Assembly: GCA_051859245.1 (NCBI GenBank)
Contig: JBHYGA010000001.1
Coordinates: 1,245,722-1,309,721 of the forward strand
Reading direction: 5' to 3'
Source: Gemmatimonadaceae bacterium
GTDB taxonomy: Bacteria; Gemmatimonadota; Gemmatimonadetes; Gemmatimonadales; Gemmatimonadaceae
Length of the DNA: 64,000 nucleotides
The notes beneath the pieces are model-generated. The model was not told where the DNA came from. It made no database searches and saw only the letters and a list, made by a program, of their open reading frames with translations. Made by a program: the position numbers and the translations under genes. Shown piece after piece: positions 47,028 to 55,991 of the stretch (within the stretch, counting starts at the first letter, position 1; each line of letters opens with the position of its first letter).

Positions 47028-49562
47028 CTACCGCAGCGAGTACGAGACCTGCAGCGTGAGGAACTGCGGCGCGCCCGCGATGAACGTGGGAATGCCGAAT
47101 GCGTTGCCCGTATTGCCGGCGTCAATGATGTACTGCTGATCAAAGATATTCCGGCCGATCAGCGAGATCTCGGTGCGGCGATCGGGCAACGCATACGCGG
47201 CGCGAAGATTCACGAGCGCGTAGCCGTTCTCACGAATGTTGGGCTGATTGAGATCTTCGAAGAACACGCGTCCCCGGTACACCACGTTCGGTGACACGAC
47301 CAGCCGTCCACGCGCGCCATCCAACGCGGTGATGGAAACACCGGTGCTGTACGAATGCATGGGCGTGAGACGGAACCGATTGCCGGAACGTGCCTGACGA
47401 TCGCCGTTCGCGTCGAGCGAATCGAACTTGGCGTCGATGTAGCCGAATGTGGCGAACGCGCTGACCTTGTCGGTGAGCTGTCCGCGCAGACTGCTTTCAA
47501 TTCCCCACGACGTGGCGCGACCTACGTCGAGCGTCAGGTTTTGCAGTCCCTGATCGGTAATGCGGACAATCGACGTCTGGAAGTTGTTGTAGTTGTAGCG
47601 ATAGCCGTTGGCGTCAAACTGAATGCGGCCACCAGCGAGCTGACCCTTGAGTCCGCCTTCGTAGCTCCACACCGTTTCTTCATTGAGCGTGTTGGTGCCG
47701 GCGGCGTTCACCACCACCACGTTCGGTCGACGTCCCTTGGACACGCTGGCAAAGCCGAGATAGCCACGGCCAAAATCGTAGCTCGCGATCGCGCGGCCAA
47801 CGCCGGAACGGAACGAGCCGGTGCCTTCGTTGCGTCCGTTTGTTGGCGCAAACAGGTTGTTCGGTGTCGCACTCAGAATGAAACCCAGCGAGCCCGGTGT
47901 GGCCGAGTTTTTCACTTCGTACGCGTTGTTCACGTCTTCGAAAGTACCGCGAACGCCCGCGGTCAGCGTGAGCTTGTCGGTTGGACGGAACGTGGCGTCG
48001 GCGAACACTTCGTAGGCCGTGAGTTCACCAAAGTTCTGATACTGTTCTTCGTGCTGCGTTTTGAACGGACGGCCGGTGAGCGGATTGTTGGCGACCGCAA
48101 AGTTCGGTGAACCGTCGTTGTTGATGAGCGGGATTCGTGGCACACCAGCGGCGGCCAGGAACGGGCTGAAGAGGGCAAACAGGCTGCGTTCATCGGTGAA
48201 GAACGGGACACGCTGACTTCCCTTTTCGTTGAACACACTGGTTCCCACGAAACCCGTCACGCGTCCGCCAGCATCGTAGTTGAAGCGCACTTCCTGACTG
48301 AGCTGCGACCCTTCGGCGACTTCGCGAAACTGCAGCACCGGCGCGAGCGTGCCGTCAGCGTCAAAGGCTTCGTCGGAATAGAAGCGGCGCCACGCACTCG
48401 TGGACGTCAGACTCCAGTTGCGGCCGAGCTGCTGATTCCAGAGCAGCGTCACGCCACCCACCTGACGATCAATGCCCAGCGAGTCGCCACCGTTCAGTGC
48501 CGCACGTGCAAATGGCGTGCGGTCGCCGCCAGGCGTGTTGTACACAAGGCTCTTGAACGACGTGCCCGGTGAATCGTCACTCTGGAAGTTTGCCACCAGG
48601 TCGACCGTGCTGGACAATGACGGCAACCAGCGCAGCGACGTCCGAATAGCCGCTGTGTTCTTGCCGTTGAGTGTGCCACCGTCTGCGTTTTCAATGAAGC
48701 CATCGCGCTTGTTGTAAATCGCAGCAACGCGGCCGAAGAGTGTATTGGAAACGAGCGGCTGGTTGACCATGGCCGAGGCGAACACTTCGCCAAAGTTGCC
48801 ACCACCGGCGGTGACTTCTGCCTGACGCGCGTTGACGGCCTTGTTCTGAATCACATGCACAGCGCCGATTTGCGCGCCACGACCAAACAACGTGCCTTGC
48901 GGTCCTTTCAGCACTTCAACGCGTTCAAGATCGAAGAGTTCAACCACCGAACCGCGCGACTTGGAGATCGACACACCGTCCTGAAACACCGACACGCGCG
49001 GTTCAACAAAGCTGGTGCCGTCGTCTGATGTGATGCCGCGAATCACGAACCCCGGGTTGTTCGGGCTCTGCAACTGCACGTTGAGGCCTGGCACATACGA
49101 CGACAGCGCGTCGAACTGTTGCACGCTCTGTTCTTTCAGAAAGCGATCGTCATACGCGGTGATCGGCACCGGAACGTCCTGTACGGATTCGGTGCGCTTC
49201 TGCGCCGTGACGGCCACCGCGCTGATGGTATTTGCCGGGCGACGGAGACGCGACTCGATGTTCACCGTCTGGCCACTGGTCACCGTTACCGCCACCGTGT
49301 CCGGGGTGAGACCCACGGCGCGCACGACCAGACGCTGCGCTCCGGCGGGAACGCCAGCCAGGCGAAAGCGGCCCGAGACGTCGGTGTTGGCGCGGAGCGG
49401 CGAGCCGAGCAGCATGACCTCTGCGGCCTCAAGCGGACGGCCAGCCTCGGCGGTCACCACCGAACCGGCGATCACGCCGGCCTGAGCCTGAGCCGTAGCG
49501 GGCGAAACCAGTAGAAGCGCAAGACTCAGCGACGTGAGCCGTAGAACCATCGAACGGTGCAT
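47028..49562 (-). CDS. TonB-dependent receptor
   Basis: Signal, CarboxypepD_reg-like domain, VTAQKR, SPNNPGFVIRG, VEVLKGPQGTLFG. Confidence 0.95.
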   Translation of the reverse strand: MHRSMVLRLTSLSLALLLVSPATAQAQAGVIAGSVVTAEAGRPLEAAEVMLLGSPLRANTDVSGRFRLAGVPAGAQRLVVRAVGLTPDTVAVTVTSGQTVNIESRLRRPANTISAVAVTAQKRTESVQDVPVPITAYDDRFLKEQSVQQFDALSSYVPGLNVQLQSPNNPGFVIRGITSDDGTSFVEPRVSVFQDGVSISKSRGSVVELFDLERVEVLKGPQGTLFGRGAQIGAVHVIQNKAVNARQAEVTAGGGNFGEVFASAMVNQPLVSNTLFGRVAAIYNKRDGFIENADGGTLNGKNTAAIRTSLRWLPSLSSTVDLVANFQSDDSPGTSFKSLVYNTPGGDRTPFARAALNGGDSLGIDRQVGGVTLLWNQQLGRNWSLTSTSAWRRFYSDEAFDADGTLAPVLQFREVAEGSQLSQEVRFNYDAGGRVTGFVGTSVFNEKGSQRVPFFTDERSLFALFSPFLAAAGVPRIPLINNDGSPNFAVANNPLTGRPFKTQHEEQYQNFGELTAYEVFADATFRPTDKLTLTAGVRGTFEDVNNAYEVKNSATPGSLGFILSATPNNLFAPTNGRNEGTGSFRSGVGRAIASYDFGRGYLGFASVSKGRRPNVVVVNAAGTNTLNEETVWSYEGGLKGQLAGGRIQFDANGYRYNYNNFQTSIVRITDQGLQNLTLDVGRATSWGIESSLRGQLTDKVSAFATFGYIDAKFDSLDANGDRQARSGNRFRLTPMHSYSTGVSITALDGARGRLVVSPNVVYRGRVFFEDLNQPNIRENGYALVNLRAAYALPDRRTEISLIGRNIFDQQYIIDAGNTGNAFGIPTFIAGAPQFLTLQVSYSLR

Positions 49563-49615
49563 GAACACTCCCTGATGAGAAGAGAAAACCGACCATCAGG
49601 TAGAAGCACGGCACG

Positions 49616-49658
49616 TGTCACGGCCTGTATCACGGCGGGTCAAGAATCGGTCACGGCC
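49616..49658. promoter_or_regulatory. Pho-box/OmpR-type direct repeat array (~11-bp period)
   Basis: GTCAC 49617, ATCAC 49629, GTCAA 49639, GTCAC 49650. Confidence 0.5.
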
Positions 49659-49759
49659 TCGCATCAGTCAGGCGACCAGCGCTTCACCGAGCCGGGACGT
49701 AGACTCAGGGACGGCCCGTTGGGCCCGCCTCCCTTGATTTCCTGCCTCCCCGATCAGCC

Positions 49760-52552
49760 ATGACCCCAGATTCGCGTTTCGTGCGGACAGTCGGCCTGCG
49801 TGCCGCGTCCGTCGCACGCACCCTGTTGCTCGGCACCGCGTTCGCGCTGCCAGCCGCCCTTTCGGCGCAATCCCGCGTCACATCTCCCGAGCAGTTCTTC
49901 GGCCATCGGATCGGTGCCGACTATCAGCTGCCGAACTACACGAAGTTGCATCAGTACTTCGCCAAGGTCGCCGGCGAGAGTGATCGTGTCGTGCTCGATA
50001 CGATCGGCCTCTCCGAGGAGGGTCGGCCGCAGATCATGGCGATCGTGACGAGTCCCGCGAATCATCGCAATCTCGCGCGCTACAAGGACATTGCCCGCCG
50101 CCTCTCTCTCGCCGAGGGAGTGGATTCCGCAGAAGCGCGTCGTCTCGCGCGCGAAGGCAAGGCGATTATCTGGATTGACGGCGGTTTGCACGCCACGGAA
50201 GTGCTGGGTGCGCAGCAGCTGATCGAAACGTTCTGGCAGCTCTCGAGCATGAGCGACGAAGAGACCACGCGCTTTCTCGACGATTGCATCATTCTCATGG
50301 CGCATGCCAATCCCGACGGCATGGAACTGGTGAGCGATTGGTACATGCGTTCCTCGGACAGTCTGCGCCGCACCACGGGTGGTCTGCCGCGTCTCTATCA
50401 GAAGTACGCGGGACACGACAACAATCGTGACTCGTACATGAACGCGCTGAAGGAAACGGAGAACATGAGCCGTCAGCTGTTCATTGAATGGCATCCGGTG
50501 ATCATGTACAACCATCACCAGACCGGACCGGCCGGTGCCGTCATGTTTGCGCCGCCGTTTCGCGATCCCGCCAACTACAACTTTCACCCGTTGATCATCA
50601 CCGGGCTCGATATTGTCGGTGCGGCCATGCACAACCGCTTTGTCACCGAAGAAAAGGGTGGCACGGTGATGCGCAGCGGTGCGAACTACTCCACGTGGTG
50701 GAACGGTGGTCTGCGCACTACGGTGTACTTCCACAACATGATTGGTCTGCTTACGGAAACGATCGGTAATCCAACCCCGATGCGTGTGCCGCTGGTGGCC
50801 AATCGCCAGCTGCGGAGCGGCGATCAGCCGTTGCCGGTGGAGCCGGGACTCTGGCGTTTCCGTCAGTCGATTGACTACTCCATCACGGCCAATCGCGCCG
50901 TGCTGGACGTGGCATCGAAGTATCGCGAAACGCTGCTGTACAATCGCTGGAAAATGGCGAACGATCAGATCGAAAACGGCAAGAAAGATTCGTGGACAAT
51001 CTGGCCATCGCGCATTGCGGTACTCAACGATTCCATGACCAAGCTGCGTGCGAACACGGCCGCGGCGGCCGCTGGTTCGAACGAGGCCATGTTTGGCGTG
51101 CTGCGCAAGCCGGAAGACCGGAATCCGCGTGCGTACATCTTGCCGAGTTCGCAGCCGGACTTTGCGACGGCTACGAAGTTCGTGCGCGCGTTGCAGAAAT
51201 CGGGTGTGGTAGTGCACCGCGCAACGGCGCCGTTCACTGTGTCCGGCAAGCAGTATCCGGCCGGTTCGTGGGTGTTCAACTCGTCGCAGGCGTATCGTCC
51301 GCACATTCTCGACATGTTTGAACCGCAGGATCACCCGAATGACTTCCGCTTCCCGGGTGGCCCGCCAATCCCGCCGTACGACAACGCCGGCTGGACGCTC
51401 GCGATGCAGATGGGCATGCAGTACGACCGTATCTTTGAGAACGTCGACGGTCAGTTCGAAAAGGTGTCTGAAGTCACCGCGATGATTCCCGGTACGGTGA
51501 ACAAAGGGCGCGCCGGTTATCTCGTACACGCGTCGGTGAACGATGCGCTCACCGTGGCCAACCGTCTCACCAAGCGCAACTCGCCGGTGTTTCGCACCAC
51601 GACTGCGGTGACGGCAAATGGTCAGACGTATCCCGTCGGCTCATGGTTCATTCCGTCTGGTGGGTACGCCGATCAGGTTGTGACGCAGGCCGCGAAAGAT
51701 CTCGGCGTGTCGTTCGCCGCAGCCGATGCACGTCCGGCGGCTGAGCAGGTTCGTCAGCTGCGCGTTGGCGTATGGGATCGTTACGGCGGATCCATGCCGG
51801 CCGGCTGGACGCGTCTCGTGCTCGAACAGCTCGAAATGCCGTTCACCACGGTGTACGCGAAAGAACTCGACGCGGGCAAGCTGAACGCCAAGTACGACGT
51901 GCTGCTGTTTGTTGACGGCGGCATTCCGGCGGCGCGTGGTGCACGTGGTGGTGCTGGTGGTGGTGGTGGTTTTGCGGGCGGCGGCGCCTCGGCGGCCGAC
52001 TCAACGCTCATTCCGCGCGAGTACTGGCCCGCGCTTGGTAACGTGTCGGCGGAGCGCACGATTCCCCAGCTCAAGGCATTCGTTGAGGCGGGCGGAAAGA
52101 TCGTCACGATCGGCAGCTCAACGTCCATCGCGCAGCACTTCCAACTGCCGATTGAGAATCACCTGCTCGACAACGGTCGTCCGCTCACGAATGAGCAGTA
52201 CTACATCCCGGGTTCACTGTTGCAGGTGGCACTCGATCCGTCGCGTCCGGTCACGGCCGGTATGGATGCGCGTCCGATCGTCATGTTCGACAACAGTCCG
52301 GTCATGAAGCTTGGTGCGGATGCGGCGGCCAAGGGCGTGCGCGCGATTGCCACGTTCGATACGCCGAAGCCCCTGCGCAGCGGTTGGGCCTGGGGACAGG
52401 AGCGGTTGCAGGGTGGTGTCGCAATGGCCGAAGCCACGGTGGGCAAGGGCACCGTGTACTTGCTTGGACCCGAAGTGATGTTCCGCGCCCAGTCGCACGG
52501 CACATTCAAACTTGTGACCAACACGTTCTACGGAAGCGGCGCGGCGAAGTAA
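49760..52552 (+). CDS. M14-family zinc carboxypeptidase with C-terminal GATase-like domain
   Basis: GGLHATE, ANPDG, HDNNRD, YNHHQ. Confidence 0.9.
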   Translation: MTPDSRFVRTVGLRAASVARTLLLGTAFALPAALSAQSRVTSPEQFFGHRIGADYQLPNYTKLHQYFAKVAGESDRVVLDTIGLSEEGRPQIMAIVTSPANHRNLARYKDIARRLSLAEGVDSAEARRLAREGKAIIWIDGGLHATEVLGAQQLIETFWQLSSMSDEETTRFLDDCIILMAHANPDGMELVSDWYMRSSDSLRRTTGGLPRLYQKYAGHDNNRDSYMNALKETENMSRQLFIEWHPVIMYNHHQTGPAGAVMFAPPFRDPANYNFHPLIITGLDIVGAAMHNRFVTEEKGGTVMRSGANYSTWWNGGLRTTVYFHNMIGLLTETIGNPTPMRVPLVANRQLRSGDQPLPVEPGLWRFRQSIDYSITANRAVLDVASKYRETLLYNRWKMANDQIENGKKDSWTIWPSRIAVLNDSMTKLRANTAAAAAGSNEAMFGVLRKPEDRNPRAYILPSSQPDFATATKFVRALQKSGVVVHRATAPFTVSGKQYPAGSWVFNSSQAYRPHILDMFEPQDHPNDFRFPGGPPIPPYDNAGWTLAMQMGMQYDRIFENVDGQFEKVSEVTAMIPGTVNKGRAGYLVHASVNDALTVANRLTKRNSPVFRTTTAVTANGQTYPVGSWFIPSGGYADQVVTQAAKDLGVSFAAADARPAAEQVRQLRVGVWDRYGGSMPAGWTRLVLEQLEMPFTTVYAKELDAGKLNAKYDVLLFVDGGIPAARGARGGAGGGGGFAGGGASAADSTLIPREYWPALGNVSAERTIPQLKAFVEAGGKIVTIGSSTSIAQHFQLPIENHLLDNGRPLTNEQYYIPGSLLQVALDPSRPVTAGMDARPIVMFDNSPVMKLGADAAAKGVRAIATFDTPKPLRSGWAWGQERLQGGVAMAEATVGKGTVYLLGPEVMFRAQSHGTFKLVTNTFYGSGAAK

Positions 52553-52561
52553 CTTTCGCTC

Positions 52562-53512
52562 GTGCATGCGACCGACGTGAAATTGCAGCAGCAAACGGGT
52601 GCGTTGTTCGGAGACCGGTTTCCGGTGTCTGGATGGCGCACCCGCTTTGCGCCCGCGCCAACGGGCTATCTGCACCTCGGGCATCTGGTCAACGCCATCC
52701 ATGTGTGGGGACTGGCCAGACGCCACGGCGGCGTGGTGGTGTTGCGCGTTGAAGACCACGATCTCACACGCTGCCGGCCTGAGTACGAGTCGGCGCTGCT
52801 CGAAGATCTCGAGTGGTTGGGCTTCGAGCCCGACGAAGCCAGTGTCAAGAGCTTCCGCGACGGACGAACCGCGTATCGGCAATCAGATAACAGCGACGCG
52901 TATCAACGGGCGCTCTCCATGCTCGATGCACAGCAACTGGTGTATCCATGCACGTGCTCGCGCCGCGATATTCTGCGCGCAGTGGGACCGGTCGCGGAGG
53001 GTGAGGAGCCACGCTATCCAGGCACCTGTCGAACGCTCGGTCACCCCAATGATGCAACGCGTGCGCGGCGCGTGAAGATCGATTCACAGCGTGTCGTGTT
53101 TTACGATCTTCGTGTCGGCGCGCAGACGCAAACACCGGCCGATGACTGTGGCGACGTACTGGTGCGCGATCGGTTCGGACACTGGACATACCAGTTTGCC
53201 GTGACCGTTGATGATCGCGATCATCGAATCGACGTGGTGATTCGCGGTGAAGATCTGCTCAGTTCAACGGGTCGACAGATTCTGATCGCACAGTATCTCG
53301 GTCGCGCTACTCCGCCGGCGTACTTTCACCATCCATTGCTGCGAACCGCCGAGGGGAGGAAACTCAGCAAGGCAGCCGGCGATACGTCGCTGCGTGAGTT
53401 GCGCGCAGCGGGCGCACGCGCCGAACAACTGATTGGTGATGCGGCCTATCGTTGCGCGTTGCAGCCCACGCCCGCACCAATCTCAGCGGCGGACGTGGCG
53501 CAACTTTTCTGA
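52562..53512 (+). CDS. gluQ: Glutamyl-Q tRNA(Asp) synthetase
   Basis: RFAPAPTGYLHLGH, YPCTCSR, YPGTCR, VIRGEDL, KLSK; no anticodon-binding domain. Confidence 0.88.
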   Translation: MHATDVKLQQQTGALFGDRFPVSGWRTRFAPAPTGYLHLGHLVNAIHVWGLARRHGGVVVLRVEDHDLTRCRPEYESALLEDLEWLGFEPDEASVKSFRDGRTAYRQSDNSDAYQRALSMLDAQQLVYPCTCSRRDILRAVGPVAEGEEPRYPGTCRTLGHPNDATRARRVKIDSQRVVFYDLRVGAQTQTPADDCGDVLVRDRFGHWTYQFAVTVDDRDHRIDVVIRGEDLLSSTGRQILIAQYLGRATPPAYFHHPLLRTAEGRKLSKAAGDTSLRELRAAGARAEQLIGDAAYRCALQPTPAPISAADVAQLF

Positions 53513-53550
53513 CGGCTCGCGCAATGCCGGCGCGTGTGTCGTGCGCTCTA

Positions 53551-54816
53551 CTATTTGACGCCGAGCAGTCCGCTCACGAGCAACAAAATCCACTGCGGAC
53601 CTTTGAAGCCGTCGGTGCGGTCATCGTACGATTCGTCGAGTGAGTGCGAGGCGCGTCCCACGCCACCGCCGTCAACCGTGATCGCCGGAATGCCAAGATT
53701 GATCGGGAAGTTCGCGTCGGTGCTGGAGGCGTTGAGCGGTGCGTACAACTTGAGTGCATCCGCGGCCGCCTGCGCTACACGCACAATGCGCGAGGAGTCG
53801 GGTGTGGTGCCGGCCGGACGAATGCCGATCGTGTCCACCTTGAGCACCAGCTTGCCACGCGAGTTCGGCCAACGCGCCTGCTCGGCTGCCACGGCGTCCG
53901 CCACCAGCTTTTGCACCTTCGCGTCAACTTCCATCAACGTTGACATGGATTCACTGCGCATGTCGAGATCGAACGATGCGTCAGCGGAAATGGTGTTGAC
54001 CGAGGTACCACCGGTGATCAGACCCACGCTGAATGTGGTGCGCGGTTCGGTCGGCACCTGCATATCGCCGATGGCCGCGATTGCGCGCCCGACTGCGTGA
54101 ATCGGATTCACCAAACCGAAGGCGCCGTAGCTGTGACCGCCGGGGCCCTGCACGGTGAAGCGATAGCGTGCGCTGCCAACGGCGCCGTTGGTGATGGCAA
54201 TGCCGGTACCGTCAACGCTGATGAAGTAGTCGATGGAGTCGCGCAGCGGACTGGTGAAGAGCGCACGCACGCCACGCAGATTACCGGGGCCTTCTTCTCC
54301 CACGGTGCCAATCACCAGCAAGCGACCGGTGATCGGCACTTTGTTGGCGATCAGCGAGCGCGTGACGGCGAGTGTCACGGCCAGTCCGCGGCAGTCGTCT
54401 CCGATGCCGGGGCCGATGAGACGGGTCCCTTCACGCGTGACTTTGACGTCGGTGCCTTCGGGAAATACGGTATCAAGATGCCCGCTGAGCACCACCGTGG
54501 GCCCCGATCCGCTGCCACGCAGTTCGCCGATCACGTTGCCTTCGCCGTCCACACGTACCTGGGTGAGACCCAGCGCGGTGAGCTGATCGCGGAAGTACAC
54601 GCCGCGCGCCGTTTCCTTGAATGGCGGGGCCGGGATCTCGCACAGGGCGACCTGCTGATTGAGCGTCCACGAGTTGTCGCGCTCAATCTGCGAGAGGGCG
54701 GATTTGACGGTGGAGTTCTGCGCGGGCACCGTGACGGCCTGCGCAAGTACGACGGCGGGTACGAGCGCCAGCGCTGCGGTGGCGAGCGTCACTCGTGAGG
54801 TAAGGCGAAGCGGCAT
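53551..54816 (-). CDS. Secreted M20/M25/M40 metallopeptidase
   Basis: SGHLDTVF, GIGDD, VGEEG, GGHS, SSTDAN, HSLDE. Confidence 0.9.
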   Translation of the reverse strand: MPLRLTSRVTLATAALALVPAVVLAQAVTVPAQNSTVKSALSQIERDNSWTLNQQVALCEIPAPPFKETARGVYFRDQLTALGLTQVRVDGEGNVIGELRGSGSGPTVVLSGHLDTVFPEGTDVKVTREGTRLIGPGIGDDCRGLAVTLAVTRSLIANKVPITGRLLVIGTVGEEGPGNLRGVRALFTSPLRDSIDYFISVDGTGIAITNGAVGSARYRFTVQGPGGHSYGAFGLVNPIHAVGRAIAAIGDMQVPTEPRTTFSVGLITGGTSVNTISADASFDLDMRSESMSTLMEVDAKVQKLVADAVAAEQARWPNSRGKLVLKVDTIGIRPAGTTPDSSRIVRVAQAAADALKLYAPLNASSTDANFPINLGIPAITVDGGGVGRASHSLDESYDDRTDGFKGPQWILLLVSGLLGVK

Positions 54817-54992
54817 ATTGAGGGCGGCAGAGGCGAGGGACAGCCCGCCAATGACTGTGGCGGCGCGGCTAACAATGAAAGATGGGCAAACACCGCTCAT
54901 TATTGCATTGCCTCGACGGGTAAGGCTTTGTAGCCTCCGGACTATCTCAACACCCGTTCGCCTTTCCAACGTTCTCGTCACCAGGCGTTTAC

Positions 54993-55991
54993 ATGACCTC
55001 CCCGATCGAATCGTTGCCGGATCTGCACGCCTTGCGCGCGGCGCAGCAATTGGTGCATCAAAACTTTGGACCAACCGCGCAGTATCGCTGGCCCCTGCTC
55101 GAAGCGCGCGTCGGGTCGGAGTGCTGGGTCAAGCACGAGAATCACACGCCGGTGGGAGCGTTCAAGGTGCGCGGCGGCCTGGTCTATCTTGATCGTTTGC
55201 AGCGGTCAGGCGTGCCTGTGCCCGGACTTGTGTCTGCGACACGCGGCAATCACGGACAGTCCATTGCGTTTGCGGCGGCGCGCTACGGCATTCCCGTGGC
55301 GATTGTTGTGCCGCGGGGCAACAGTCGGGAAAAGAACGCGGCCATGCGTGCACTCGGCGCGGAGGTGCTGGAGGTTGGTGAAGACTTTCAGGCATCGGTC
55401 GAAGCTGCGATCGACATCGCGGCGCAACGCGGGTGGATCCGTGTGCCAAGTTTTCATCTTGATCTCGTCGCGGGCGTCGGCACGTGGGCGCTGGAGTTGC
55501 TGGAGGCGGTGCCTGACTTGGACCGACTCTACGTGCCCGTGGGGCTCGGCAGTGGATTATGCGGGGCCATTGCCGCCAAGCGCGCGCTTGCGCATGCGGT
55601 GGAGATCATCGGCGTGGTCTCCACAGGCGCACCTACATACGCGCTGTCTGTGGCGGCGGGGCACGCCGTATCGCACGCGGTCACCACGCAGCTCGCCGAC
55701 GGCATGGCGTGTCGAACGCCCGATCCGAGTGCGCTGGCCATCATCAGCGCTGCTGCGGTGCCGATTCAGCAGGTGACGGACGAACAGGTGGCTGACGCGA
55801 TGCGCGTCCTGTTTTCAGCCACGCACAACGCGGCCGAAGGAGCGGGTGCGGCTGGCCTGGCGGCGTTGCTTGCGGACGCAACGCGCGATCGGACGCAGCG
55901 CGTTGCGTTCGTGTTGTGCGGCGGTAATGTGGATCGCGATGTGTTCAGTGAAGTGCTTCGCGTTAGCGACCAAACCAGTAGCTCGCCTTGA
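54993..55991 (+). CDS. PLP-dependent threonine/serine dehydratase
   Basis: KHENHTPVGAFKVRGG, ATRGNHGQS, PVGLGSG, CGGN. Confidence 0.92.
   Translation: MTSPIESLPDLHALRAAQQLVHQNFGPTAQYRWPLLEARVGSECWVKHENHTPVGAFKVRGGLVYLDRLQRSGVPVPGLVSATRGNHGQSIAFAAARYGIPVAIVVPRGNSREKNAAMRALGAEVLEVGEDFQASVEAAIDIAAQRGWIRVPSFHLDLVAGVGTWALELLEAVPDLDRLYVPVGLGSGLCGAIAAKRALAHAVEIIGVVSTGAPTYALSVAAGHAVSHAVTTQLADGMACRTPDPSALAIISAAAVPIQQVTDEQVADAMRVLFSATHNAAEGAGAAGLAALLADATRDRTQRVAFVLCGGNVDRDVFSEVLRVSDQTSSSP

Noticed and set aside
47002..47036. 10-bp tandem repeat CGCAGTCT[G/A]C at TonB receptor stop
   Set aside because: About three degenerate copies, no spacers; local slippage, not CRISPR
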